The position numbers and the translations under genes are program-made. A DNA stretch of 64,000 nt from Heterodontus francisci (taxonomy: Eukaryota). The stretch covers positions 152,832,989 to 152,896,988 of the forward strand of contig NC_090374.1 of assembly GCF_036365525.1 (NCBI RefSeq), in the 5' to 3' direction. Shown here one piece after another: positions 1-12,977 of this stretch (position 1 is the stretch's first letter; every line of letters starts with the position of its first letter). The notes beneath the pieces were generated by a model that saw only the letters and a list, made by a program, of their open reading frames with translations, made no database searches and had not been told where the DNA came from.

Positions 1-627
1 CAGACTGCCAACAGCAAATGTTGGAAGTTAGAGGGAACATTAAACAGCAGCCTAAAAGAAAAAACATCAATAAGCCTGCATGTAGTGGATGAGCCCTTAA
101 AATGGTGAAGGGTTCTTCCTGTCTGTTTGCACAAGTTGCTGAGCAAGTTTATCATGTGGCAAATCAGGTCCTGAGGCAGCCCAATATCTCAAGGGACATA
201 CAAGTGTAAGACATATAAATAATTTTAATAGCTCATTTTAATACTTCTATGGCACACCCTGAAAACTTACGAAACAGCTTTGATCAATATAGTGGGCAGT
301 GAGCTTACCCATGAAATAAGTGCATGTGCCTCCCATGCCATTGTTGCTAGTCAATTGCCTCTTTTGTACCTTAAAATGGGCATGGTACCATCAGATTTCT
401 AGGCCGGGGATGTCTGTTGGTTCATCCTTTTCTATGTCCATATAACATGAAACATTAATAAAGCAAATTAGGACACAATATTGTCAAACCATTTGAGGTC
501 AAATCTCCAGAGGACATGAAGGTTTATAGTGCTCTGGTCAAACTGCACAATTCAGGTTACCATGACAGAAGTGGTTGGGTGAAGGGAGCCATCCAAGTTC
601 TAGAGATTGCAGAGGACAGTAATTAAA

Positions 628-3370
628 GAAAACATTGCATTGTATCATTCCAGACCTCAGGACATCCCAAAGCACTTTACAGCTAAAAAGTACTTTTGAA
701 GTATACTCACTGTTGTAATGCAGGAAAGACAGCAGCCAATTTATGCTTCCACAAACAAATGTGATAATGACCAGATAATCTGTGCAATGTTGATCAAGGA
801 ATAAATATTGGGCAGGACTCCAGAGTACCGTAGAGGAGGAATTCATGGAGTGTATGCGGGATGGTTTTCTGGACCAATACGTTGAGGAACCAACTAGAGA
901 ATAGGCCATCCTAGGCTGGGTATTGTGTAATGAGAGAGGAATAATTGACAATCTAGTTGTGCGAGATCTCTTGGGGATGAGCAACCATAATATGATAGAA
1001 TTCTTCATCAAGATGGAGAGTGACGAAGTTGATTCTCAGACCAGGGTCCTGAATCATAATAAAGGAAACCACGAAGGTATGAGGTGCGAGTTGGCTATGA
1101 TGGATTGGGAAATGTTACTTAAGGGATGACAGTGGCTAGGCAATGGCAAACATTCAAAGAGTGCATGGATGAACTGCAACAATTGTTTATTCCTGTCTGG
1201 CGCAAAAGTAAAACGGGAAAGGTAGCCAAACCATGGCTTACAAGGGAAATTAGAGATAGCATTAGATCCAAGGAAGAGGCATACAAATTTGCCAGAAAAA
1301 ACAGACCTGAGGATTGGGAGCAGTTTAGAATTCAGCAAAGGAGGATCAAGGGATTGATTAAGAAGGGGAAAATAGAGTACGAGTGCAAGCTTGCGGGCAA
1401 CATAAAAACTGACTATAAAAGTTTCTATAGGTATGTGAAGAGAAAAAGATTAGTGAAAACAGTCAGAAATAGGGGAATTTATTATGGGGAACAAAGAAAT
1501 GGCTGACCAACTAAATGAATACTTTGGTTCTGTCTTCACAAAGGAGGACACAAATATCATACCAGAAATGTTGGGGAATACAGGGCTTAGTGAGAGGGAG
1601 GAACTGAAGGAAATCAGTATGAGTAGAGAAATGGTGTTGGGGAAATTGATGGGATTGAGGGCCAATAAATCCCCAGGGCCTGATAATTTACATCCCAGAG
1701 TACTTAAGGAAGTGGCCCTAGAAATAGTGGATGCATTGGTGGTCATCTTCGAAGATTCTATAGACTCTGGAACAGTTCCTACAGATTGGAGGGTAGCTAA
1801 TGTAACCCCACTATTTAAAAAGAGAGGTAGAGAGAAAGCAGGGAATTATAGACCAGTCACCCTGACGTCGGTAGTGGGGAAAATTCTAGAGTCCATTATC
1901 AAAGATTTTATAGCAGAGCACTTGGAGAACAGTGGTAGAATCAGACAGAGTCAGCATGGATTTATGAAAGGGAAATCATGCTTGACAAATCTACTAGAAT
2001 TCTTCGAGGATGTAACAATTAGAGTTGATGAGGGACAGCCAGTGGATGTGGTTTATTTGGACTTTCAGAAGGCTTTCGACAAAGTCCCACATAAGAGATT
2101 AGCGAGTAAAAATAAAGTGCATGGGATTGAGGGTAGTGTATTGCGATGGATGGAAAATTGGTTGGCAGACAGGAAACCAAAGAGTAGGAATAAACGGGTC
2201 TTTTTCCGAATGGCAGGCAGTGACTAGTGGGGTACCGCAGGGATTGGTGCTAGGACCCCAGCTATTCACAATATACATTAATGATTTAGATGAGGGAACT
2301 AAATGTAATATCTCCAAATTTGCAGATGACACAAAACTGGGTGGGAGGGTGAGTTGTGAGGAGGATGCAGAGAGGCTTCAGGGTGATTTGGACAAGTTGA
2401 GTGAGTGGACTAATGCATGGCAGATGCAGTAAAATGTGGATAAATGTGAGGTTATCCACTTTGGTAGCAAAAATAGGAAGGCAGATTATTATCTGAACAG
2501 CTATAAACCGAGAGAGGGGAATATGCAACGAGACCTGGGTGTTCTCGTACACCAGTCGCTGAAGGTAAGCATGCAAGTGCAACAGGTGGTAAAAAAAGCT
2601 TCATAGCGAGAGGATTCGAGTACAGGAGCAGGGATGTCTTGCTGCAATTATACAAGGCGTTGGTGAGGCCACACCTGGAATATTGTGTGCAGTTTTGGTC
2701 TCCTTATCTGAGGAAGGATGTTCTAGCTATAGAGGGAGTGCAGTGAAGGTTTACCAGACTGATTCCTGGGATGGCGGGACTGACGTATGAGGAGAGATTG
2801 AGTCGCTTAGGATTAAATTCGCTGGAGTTCAGAAGAGTGAGGCAGGATCTCATAGAAACATATAAATTTCTAACAGAACTTGACAGGGTAGATGCAGGAA
2901 GGATGTTCCTGATGGTGGGGGCATCCAGAACCAGGGGTCATAGTCTAAGGATACGGGGTAAACCTTTCAGGACTGAGATGAGAAGAAGTTTGTTCACCCA
3001 GAGAGTGGTGAGCCTGTTGAATTTACTACCACAGAAAGCAGTTGAGGCCAAAACATTGTATATTTTCAAGGAGTTAGATATAGCTCTTGGGATGAAAAGG
3101 ATCAAAGGATTTGGGGAGGAAGCGGGAACAGGTTACTGAGTTGGATGATCAGCCATGATCATAATGAATGGCAGAGCAGGCCGAATGGCATATTTTCTGT
3201 TTCCATGTTCTTCAAATAGCATCATGGGATCGTATATATCCATCTGAGAGGGCATACAGGGTCTCAGTACTGCACTGAAGTGTCAGCCTGATTTCGTGCT
3301 CAAGTCTCTGGAGTGGAGCTCAAACACAAAACCTTCAATTCCATAGCAAGAGTTCTGCCACTGAATCAGA
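628..3370 (-). mobile_element. DeuSINE (SacSINE1/AmnSINE1-like), split by a CR1 insertion (pieces ~628-820 and ~3209-3370)
   Basis: Reverse-complement of the Deu core and L2-type tail (ctcaggacatcccaaagcacttta...); head-side piece resumes after the CR1 tail. Confidence 0.7.
825..3207 (+). mobile_element. CR1 LINE, 5'-truncated, frameshifted ORF2 (endonuclease C-terminus + RT)
   Basis: ORF fragments [46 protein letters not shown]; CR1 3' UTR. Confidence 0.95.
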
Positions 3371-4666
3371 TAACACGAGTGAAGCTGATCCCCAGTGTTA
3401 GTGAGAACAGCTGGAGGCACAACTATAAGTTTAAGCCCCCCCCAAAAAGAGACACTTTTAAGGAAAGCTTTGAAAGAACTTGGATAGCAATAGATTTTTG
3501 AGGCAAGGGATCAAGGGATACGGAGCAAAGAAGTTGAGGTACAGATCAACCATAATCTAATTGAATGGAAAAACAGGTTTAAGGCTCTGAATGGCCTTTT
3601 ATTCCTATACAAGATGCTGAACTGGACAGAGAAAGTAAACTCAAGACAGCAGCAGAACAAGTCAGAATTGTGAAGGGCAAGTATTTACTTATACAGGAGT
3701 GTGTTTAGCATCTACCAACGAATGGCAGGAAGAATGGTTGAGGCCAGGACACCAAACTCGGAAGAGATCAAAAGGGATGAAAGGCCTTAATCATGGAGCC
3801 CATTTGTAATCCTATATAGAAAAGAAATAGGAAGATTTGTTTTTTTGAGAAGGTCCATTTTATTAACCTATGATTGCCATGTCTAGTATATTCCCACAGT
3901 GAAAATTGGTAGCCTGCAAACGTTCACATTTGAATTGAATCCACATAGTGTTTTGCATATCATATAAAATTCTAAAAACAACCTAATTAAACATTATCTT
4001 GTCCTTTCACCCTCCTTGACTTCTTACAAAAAAATCCCCTTGGGTACAAAATACTTAATCATTCTTTACTCCTGCTTTACTGAGAGAGGTCCAAACATAT
4101 AACTTAAAACTATTGACATCATTAGCTTTAAGTTCTTTGAGCAATACCCTCCACAACCTATTTCACTCGCTTCTAGTCATGAGGTCACACGAAGCCTATT
4201 GCAGAGTTTACTAGAATCCAGTCTCTGATTGAAGTAACAGATTCAACTTCACACCTAATTACACATTTCACTAAAACAGTGGATCTCAAATTGGGGTCTG
4301 TGGACACCTGGGAATCCGCTGAGACCTTCTACGGTCGGTGACACAGGGCCGGCCTTACAGGTGGGGATGTGGATGACTGCCCATAGTGCAGTGGTCAAGA
4401 GAGCACACGAATGGAGTGTTCTGCTCCCCTCGGGCATCTGCTCTCCGAGCACTGCTCCCCTTGTGCTCCTGCTCTCCCCATCCTGGGCTTTCCTAGTGGT
4501 CCTGCTCCCCTCTTGCTTTCTCTGCTGTGTTCTCTTCATGCACCTGCCAAGGATAGACAAACTTTGCAGTAAGAAGCAGGCATACTTATTCACTGAAAAG
4601 CACTGCAGAAATGCAAGTCTTTCATTTTATTTGGAAGTTAATACCAGTTTTCTTAAAAGCCTTAAC

Positions 4667-7600
4667 CATAGAATGGTTACAGCACAGAAGGAGGCCATTT
4701 GGTCTGTTGTGTCTATGCCAGCTCTCTGCAAGAACTATTCAAGCTATTCCCACTCCCCCACCTTTTCCCAGTAGCCCTGAAAATTCTTTCTTCAAATAAT
4801 TACCCAGTTCTCTTGAAAGCCACAACTGAATCTGCCTCCACCACACTCAGGCAGTGCATTTCAGATCCCAACTACTTACTGCATAAAAACTTTCTTTCTG
4901 TCACCTGTTTCTTTTGCCAGTCACCCTAAACTGATGTGGTCTGGTTCTCGATCCTTCCACCATTGGGAACAATTTTTTCTCCTTATCTCAGACCACATGA
5001 TTTTGCACAACTCTACCAAATCTATTAAACCTTAAACTCAAACTCTAATACGGTTAACGCCTACAGATATACAACATACCCACGCTAGCATGCACACACA
5101 TGCAAATAGGGAGGGAAAAGAGAAAAAAAGATAAGTAGAACAGTTTGAGGCAATATGTTGTTACTGTTTCTCAAGCTCGCTGTAGTCCTTGATTGAAGAT
5201 ATGGTCTTGCATTTCATTGGGGCCCGGTATTCTTCATAAACCTTGTTCACGTAGGAGATTTTTCTGAGTTTACATGTCTTCAATGGTTTCAGTTCACTGA
5301 AAGATGAGCAGGCAGGAGAGGAGAGGTCTTCTCAAACCAGGAGCTTTGAGTTCAAATCCTTTGTTGGAAGTTCAAATCTCAACAGCCAGCTAGTCATGTG
5401 ACTGAAACTGATCTGACCAGTTCTTCTGTGTATTGGGGAAGCAATGACTGGGTCCATTTTGTTCCAACACTGCTAGTACTAAGCAAATGTCCTTCCATGC
5501 AGGGTCTTGCAATTTTAAGTTTTAATGTTCATGTGGCAAATTCATGTGTGCCTCAGTCTTGGCAGGTGGGTGGTTTGCCTGACGCTATTATAAAACCCAG
5601 GATACTGTATGCCTTATTAACCTTTCTCAACCTGCCCTGCCACAATTTGTGCACATATAACCCCAGGTTCCTCTGTTCCTGCATCGCCTTTAGAATGGTA
5701 CCCTTTATTTTATATTGACTTTCCTCATTCATCCTACCAAAATGTATCACTTCGCACCTCTCTGCATTAAATTTCATCTGCCACGTGTTTGCCCATTCCA
5801 CCAGCATGTCCTCTTGAAGTCTATCACTATCCTCCTCACAGTTCACAATACTTCCAAGTTGTGTGTCATTTGTAAATTTTGAAATTGTGCCCTGCATACG
5901 CAAATGTAAGTCATTAATATAGATGAAAAAAAATTGGATTGAAGAAACAAATTTAATTTCACACCTAACTAAGCATTCCACTAAACCAGTGGATCTCAAA
6001 CTGGGGTCTGCAGAACCCTGGAAGGTCTCAGCAGATTCCCATGGGTCTGCGACACAGGGCCAGCCTTACAGGTGGGCAATGTGGATGACTGCTCATAGTG
6101 CAGTGGTCAAGAGAGTGCGCGAGTGGCATGCTCTGCTCCCCTCAGGCATCTGCTCTCTCCAAGTGGTATTAACACTGACCTGGGGAACCCTGCCATATAC
6201 TGTCTTCCAGTCTGAAAAACAACTGTCACTACTACTGTTTGTCTCAGCCAACTTCATATCTATGTTTCCACAGTCCTTTATTCCATGAGCTTCAACCTTG
6301 CTGACAAGCCTCTTATGTAGCACTTTATCAAACACCTTTTGGAAGTCCATGTACACCATATATCAACTGCATTACCCTCAATGCTCTGTTAATTCATCAA
6401 AAAATTCAAGTTAGGTAAACATGATTTTCCCTTAAATCCATACTGGCTTTCCTTAATTCATCCACATTTGTTCAAGTGACTGTTAATTTTGACCTGGATT
6501 ATAGTTTTTAAAAGCACTGAGATTAAACTCACTGGCCTGTAGTTGCTGGGTTTATCCTTACCCCTTTTTTGAACAAGAGTGTAATATTTGCAATTCTACA
6601 GTCCTCAGGCACCATCCTTGTATCTAAGGAGGATTGGACGATTATGGCCAATGCCTTTGTAATTTCTACTCTTATGTTCCACCATAACGTCAGATGCATC
6701 TGATCCATTCCTGGTGACTTATCAACTTTAAGTACAGTCAGTCTTTCTAACACCTCTTCCTTATCACTTGTTAGCCCATCCAAGTATCTCGACTACCCTC
6801 TTTCACTACAACTTTGGCAGCAACCTCTTCCTTGGTGAAGACAGCTGCAAAGTAGTCATTTAGTACTTTAGCCATGCCCTCTACCTCCCTGTGTATAATC
6901 CCCTTTTATGGCCCCCAATCGGCATCACTCCTCCTTTTACTGCCCTTTTACTATTTGTATACTGATAGAAGACTTTTGGATTCCCTTTTAAGTTAGCTGC
7001 CAGTCTCTTCTCATACACTCTGCTGCTCTTATTTCTTTTTTCACTTCCCCTCTGAACCTCCTATATTCAGCCTGATTTTCACTTGTATTATCAACCTGAC
7101 ATCTATCATATGCACCTTTTTCTGCTTCATCTTTCTGTTTTGTCATCCAGGGGGATTTGGATTTGTTTGCCCTACCTTCGACCAGTCGGAATATACCCAA
7201 ACTATCTCTTTAAAGGTAGTCCATTGTTCAATTACAGTTTTGCCGACCAATCTTTGATTCCAATTTACTTGACCCAGATCCATTCTCAACCCACTGATAC
7301 TGGACTCTCCTTCAACTAATTATTTTTTCTCTACATTGCTCCTTGTCCTTTTCCATAGCTGATCTAAACTTTATGATACTATGATTACTCCCTAAATGTT
7401 CCGCTGACACTTGATCCACTTGCCTTAACTCACTCCCTAGAGCCAGATCCAGCAATGCTTCTTTCCTCCTTGGACTGGGAAGATACTGATGTAGAAAATT
7501 CTCCTGAACACACTTCAGAAACTCTGCCCCCTCTCTATTCTTTACACTTACTATCCCAGTCTATATTAAGATAATTAAAGTCCTCTATTATAACTAATCT

Positions 7601-7712
7601 AGTTTTTCACATGTCTGCAATTTTCTTGCAAGTTTGTCCCTCTACATCTTTCCCACTAGTTGGACAGTATAGAATACAGCCAGTGGTGCAATGGCAACTA
7701 TGTTTTCTTAAC
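4667..7712 (-). mobile_element. Degenerate CR1 LINE, interrupted by an LTR fragment (~5035-5584) and a duplicated segment (~5937-6160)
   Basis: Minus ORFs with KFTNDTQL, YMDFQKVFDKVLH, VDKSPGMD; CR1 tail at 4667. Confidence 0.85.
5035..5584 (-). mobile_element. LTR fragment, same family as the LTR at 9314-10250
   Basis: Reverse-complement similarity to the LTR start (ccacctgcca) and to the ctagtcatgtgac and gctagcatgc motifs. Confidence 0.6.
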
Positions 7713-8339
7713 TGCAGCGCTTTGGTATTATGGAATATTAGAATTTATATGGCGGGGTGTGGGAGGGGGGAGGTGGTCGTGATTACTAATCCATTTGAAA
7801 AGGGGTCCTTCAACCAAAAAAGAGTTTGAGAACCACTGACGAGAAAAGATATTGGTACTTACGGTTTTAACCGATGCCTCACCCTTTGTATCGATTGGTT
7901 GAACAGCCAGTACTGGAAACAGAAAAAGACGTTAGTTGGGTCCCATTGTGTATTGGACCCGCTGATAAAGTCAGCAAGATTCCCAGACAAATCTAGAGTC
8001 CGCATTACCCCATTTCGTAAGAGCTGCATTAAATCAACGGACTGCATCTCCCACATTATCATACCCAAACTCAATGGCAAATGTGCCCAATATTGGAGAC
8101 CAGGACCACTTAAACAAGTTGCTCCTTTAACCATTAAACCTACAGTAATTGCCCCTACCACTAAGTAAAAAATATTGACAAATGCATCGCAGAGTGGAAA
8201 TTGATTTCAAACCCTCAGTTACAGCTCCCACTCTTGCACTGTCCATTTTAACGCGCTCTCCACCAGAGGCGGTACCTGCAGCGCAGACCGTCATCATCAC
8301 AAAAAACCCCATTCTTTGCTCACTGATTGAATTCCATAG

Positions 8340-8410
8340 ACGGAGCTAGAGTGGCGCCGCCCGGGGTTCTTTATCCCTGGTCCAGGGGAGGCGGGCTCCG
8401 AACGCCTGTA
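8340..8410 (-). promoter_or_regulatory. Candidate promoter (GC box, GATAAAG TATA-like element, CpG-rich) facing leftwards
   Basis: Local CpG enrichment in non-repeat DNA; GGGGAGGCGGG at 8385-8395 and minus-strand GATAAAG at 8369-8375, followed by a GC-rich spacer. Confidence 0.35.
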
Positions 8411-8713
8411 CCCAGCAAATCACACAAAGGCAATAGTTGCTCAAAGGATTACATTGACAGGCTGAATATCAAAGACACACCCACTACAGTAAACTAATCT
8501 GAGACCTAAAGATTCTGACCTAACCATCACTCTATTCACAAGAATGCAATCCTTCTTTATAAATAATGCAGTGGATTATTTCTGTGCCTCACACTTGAAA
8601 TGATGTAAGTTAACCAGTGATTATAGTTAACGGGACTAAAAAGAAAGACTTGCACTTATATGGCAACATTCACGACCTCAGGACGTCCCAATGCGCTTGA
8701 CAGCCGATAAAGT

Positions 8714-9313
8714 CATAGAGTCATTTATGGCACAGAAGGAGGCCATTCAGTCCATCGAGTCCATTCCGGCTTGCCACGGAGCTATGTAGTTAGTCCTACA
8801 CCCCAGCTCAGTTCCCATAGCCCTGCAAGTCTATTTCTCTCAGATGGCCATCCAACTTGCTCCTGAAGTCATTGATCATCTTCACTTCCACCACGCTTGA
8901 GGGCAGCAAGTTCCAGGTCATTACCACCCGCTGCATAAAAAAGTGCTTCCTCATATTTCTCATGCATCTTTTTCTCAAAACTTTCAACCTGTGTCCCCTA
9001 GTCCTTGTACCATTTGTTAATGGGAAATGATTTTCCTTGTCTAACTTATCTAAGACAGTCATAATCTTGTACACGTCTCTTAAATCTCCACTAAATCTCA
9101 TTTGTTCTAAGGAGAACAAACCCAGCTTTTCCAACTTAACCTTGTTACTAAAATTCTCCATCCCTGGAACCATTCTAGTAAATCTCCTTTGCACCTTCTC
9201 AAGGACCTTCACACCCTTCCTGAAGTTTGGTGATCAAAACTGGATGCAATACTCCAGTTGGGGCCTAACCAGAGCTTTACAAATGTTCAGCATAACTTCC
9301 TCGTTTTTGTACT
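8714..9313 (-). mobile_element. CR1 LINE 3' end
   Basis: LEKVQRRFTRMVPG...TRTRGHRLK; CR1 tail. Confidence 0.9.
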
Positions 9314-10915
9314 TGTCATGAAGACTCCACCTGCCACGAATGAGGCATATTAATTTTGTCACATGAAACATTAATTTTTAAACTGTTGCTGGACTGAAGA
9401 GATGAATTGTTTAAAGAGATCAGCAGTGGCTGGAAAAATTTGCATTCTAAGAGATAGTTGCCTAGGAAAAGACAATGGTCTGCTCCCTGATCCAACTAAC
9501 CCAAATGGATTTTGATCACCCGATATTGAATGTGGAACAAGCCAGCATTCCATTCCCCCCTACCCCACCCACCACTGTAGGTGTCTGCTAAGATGAAAGG
9601 AATCCACAAAAACGCAGGAGAGTTTGTTAAAAAAGCAACTAGTCACATGACTAACCTGCTGGCCCAGGGTTTTTGAATTGTGTTCAAAGGGCAGTTTGAA
9701 GACAGAGACTGCTTTGAAGACAAAAGAGAAGGAAGGTCTCTCTCCCTGGCTCTCTCTCTCACAAATTCCCAGATCCACTGAAGTCACTTAAACCTCAAGA
9801 GAGAAGACTCCTACATTGAAACAAGTTTGAAAGCATGCACTGGGCCCCAACGAAACAGCAAGATTTAACTGCAATCAAAGACTCTACATCGAACTCAAAG
9901 GACAGTAAATGAGCTCCAGATATTGCTTCAAACTTTACCCTTTTATTCTTACCCCTTTTCTGTCTCTATCTGTATGTTTATCGCGTTGCATGCTAGCATG
10001 GTCATGTTGCGTATTCATAGTAGTTTTAACCTGATTATAGTTTTGAAGTTAATAAACTTACATCTTTCTTGTTTAAATCTAAAAAAAGCTGTCTGGTTGA
10101 TTTCTTTGCCCTACAATTGGAGAGCAGTGAACAAAGATTCACTGAAGGGGAGCTAAAAACATGGTGTTTTAAAAATTAAACCCTGTTACGGCCAAACCAG
10201 GCAAAGGCTGAGACTGAACCTCTAGACCCCTTTCTCACCTGGTCGTAACAGAAATATGGGGACTAGCATCCGGATTCGACCCACAGACAAACGAGAAATT
10301 GGAAGTGGGAAATCAAATTGATCCCAATCAAAAAGAGAAAATATTTCAATACAGTTTTTCTTGTGGTTGTGTGTGATTGAATACTAACATGTCTGAGACT
10401 GAAGCCAGTAGCTCCCCAAGCCAGGGTGAAGTAACTTGGGATAAGTTAAAAGCACTGTCTATGAAGGAGTTGAGAAAAATGGCTGAGCAGTGTGGGATCA
10501 CTGTACGTGGCAATGCTAGGAAGTGCAAACTCCTAAGACTAGTGGCCAACCATTTTTCCCTTGACTCTGAAGAAGCAGAAACAGGGTTAGAAATAGACTC
10601 CGACAGGGTTTTGCTAGCAAAGATACAATTGGAACAGAGGAAACTTGAATTTGAAGAAAGAAAATGAGAGAGACAGGAGAAAGAGAAAGAAAGAGCCTTC
10701 CAGGAGGAACATGAGGAAAGAGAAAAAGAGAGACAGGAGTAAGAGAAAGAGACTGGAGAGAGAGAAAGCAAGACAGGAGAAAGAAAAAGAGACAGAGGAG
10801 AGAGAGAAAGAAAGAACCTTTCAGCAAGAACATGAAGAAAAAGAGAGAGAGGAGAGCGAGAAAGAGAGAGCCTTCCAGAAGGAATGCAAAGAGAGAGAGC
10901 TAATTCAGAAACGAG
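9314..10915 (+). mobile_element. Truncated Gypsy (Gmr1-like) LTR retrotransposon: 5' LTR 9314-10250, degenerate tRNA-Pro-like PBS, start of gag
   Basis: TGTCATG...GTAACA termini, AATAAA inside the LTR, tggggactagcatccggat after the LTR, ORF MSETEASS...LKALSMKELRKMAEQCGI followed by an E/R/K coiled-coil. Confidence 0.75.
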
Positions 10916-11767
10916 AGGCAATCTTCTTCTCAGCCCTCATTGCTCATCCACTCCCCACTCCTCCAGCTGCCTTGTGCATAATCCAGTGCAATATCCTCAT
11001 GGACACAATTTTGAAGGTAATTTTAACCTAACCCATCCAGTGGTAAGCTGACTGAATTGGATCAGCCACCTGTTTACACCCAATTTTACTGTTTATTATG
11101 GGGGATAAAAATAGGCAGTCAATCCCATCCTGTCCTTTTCCTTCAGGCAGGTTAAGTTATAATTTACCCCTATCCTATTTCCCACAGGTACAAGAATCTA
11201 AACTGGTGTGTGTGAAAAGGCAAGTGATGCAATGGGGTGAGGTAAAGGAGGTTGTGACAGAGTAACACAGGACAGAGTCTTGGTCCAAAGACTCAGGGGT
11301 AAATTTAACCTGCACATCCTCTCTCTTGTCATCATTCTGCCCAGCATCTTCATCATCATCATGGTCAACAAGGATGATTTTCCTTCCCACCTGCTCAACC
11401 TCCTCCTGCTCTTTCTCTTGCATCTCCCTCCCCTTCCATATCCTCCGCCCCTCATTGGTGTGAAGGATCTGCAGAAAAGGAGGGCATAAGATAATAACGA
11501 TGAGCGGGACCCCATCAGGATTAAGGAGACAGAGGTGGAAGCTTGTGGTTTTGTGCTGCTTCACAGGGATGGTATTTGTATTGTACTGTACCATTCAGTA
11601 GATTGCTTACTTCTGTCAACGATTTCAATATAGTTCCTGCTCTTCATTAGACCACAGCAACATAGGTACACACCATTAAACTACAAGGAGTTCAACCTAT
11701 TACCTGCTCCATTACATTACCAATACCTTAGATGCACACATCTCAATGCACTGCAATGGATTTGCAC

Positions 11768-12100
11768 TTTTAAAAATTCTTACTTGGGATGTGTGTGTCA
11801 CTGGCAAGTCTAGCATTTATTCCTCAACCCTAAGTCATTTCAGATGCCATTAAGAGTCAACCATATTGGTGCAGCACCTGAGTCACATATAAGCCAGATG
11901 GGATAAGGACAGCAGGTTTCTTTCCCTAAATGACATGAGTGAACTAGTTGGGGTTTTACAACAGTCCATTTGCTTTATGGTCACTATTCACTGATATCAG
12001 CATTTTATTTACAGATTTTTAAAAGTGAGTTTAAATTCTCAAGCTCCCATGGTAGGATTTGAACATGCGTTTTCGGGATAATGACCACACTACCATACCC
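11768..12100 (-). mobile_element. tRNA-headed SINE sharing its 3' tail with the LINE family at 25035-27180
   Basis: Tail (tgggatgtg..gtcactggcaag..agcatttatt) matches 25040-25095; body matches the head at 47965-48850. Confidence 0.55.
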
Positions 12101-12834
12101 GACTTCATCAAAATGTGAGGTGAGAACCCTGCAAATGGTCAGAATTATACCCCGAATGTCTTATATCATCCAGTTGTTCCAGGGAACTTTGAAGGGTAAT
12201 TTTATGAGCCTGTGCTGTTGCTGGGCAGCTTCACCTGTTGGTGGTATGGTGGGAAATTGTAATCTGTAGCATTTATAAACTGGCCCACTTATGTGAAGCA
12301 CTTTTTTCCTCAAGCCCAGCTTTCCAGCTGGTATTATATTCCTTTACTTTCACTTCCTGTCACTGTGCATTCACCATCAAATGTAATCAATACATTTGTA
12401 TGGTGAATTAAACTTACCATTGGGTGAGTCAAATTCCCATGTGCCGATGTGACACAGTTCTCCTGAATATGCAGTAACTACCCCTACATTATATACAGTC
12501 TGCACTAAAAAGCAGTTCCAGCTCCAGTTCCATAACTTGTCATTTTCCCAACAATATACAAGGTGTTATTGAGAGTGGGAGTGCTTCATTGAAGACACGA
12601 GCTGTTGTCAATATTTGTTGCATTCAGCTTTAGGAAGGAGTGGAGTGAGATAAAGAGCTCACTGTGTACTTCAGTAAAAGAATGGCAACTCTGGGGGCCT
12701 TCAAGTGATTGTGTCCTTGTAGGTTTGTGCTGTGCTTGGACCTGTGCATTGTTTAACACTGTAGCACTTGTTTCAGTTTAGTACTGTTAACTGTTGCCTC
12801 ACACATACACTCAGCATCCTTAGTCCATATTTAG

Positions 12835-12891
12835 CCCCTGTGTATTTCACATTATTCAATGAGTCACTGAGCAGCCTTCCCTTTATATAAA
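12835..12891 (+). promoter_or_regulatory. Proximal promoter of SPINK gene A: broken E-box CCCCTG (12835), TC-like box TTTCACA (12845), AP-1 TGAGTCA (12860), TATATAAA (12884)
   Basis: Motifs read directly about 90-140 nt upstream of the ATG; aligns without gaps to the gene B promoter. Confidence 0.75.
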
Positions 12892-12977
12892 CCAGCTCAT
12901 TGTGTGCAGTGTAACACTAAGAGACAAGTGTCAATTCAAGAAGACAACTATTGACCCAGTGCTTCTGCTGCAGGAGA

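Larger units (their letters stand above)
4277..7838. mobile_element. hAT/Charlie-like non-autonomous element hosting nested insertions
   Basis: Left TIR CAGTGGATCTCAAA (4277) and right TIR TTTGAGAACCACTG (ends 7838); no clean TSD seen. Confidence 0.5.

Noticed and set aside
309-432. Minus-strand exon-like segment (catag acceptor, ATGG|gtaagc donor)
   Set aside because: All three frames contain stops and no homology is recognisable; it could only be non-coding
10346-10921. Leu/Ser/Phe-rich membrane-protein-like ORFs on the minus strand
   Set aside because: Antisense shadow of the GA-rich gag coiled-coil
11198-11515. Protamine-like Arg-rich ORF
   Set aside because: The basic stretch is short and is an alternative frame of purine-rich low-complexity sequence; no promoter or polyA support
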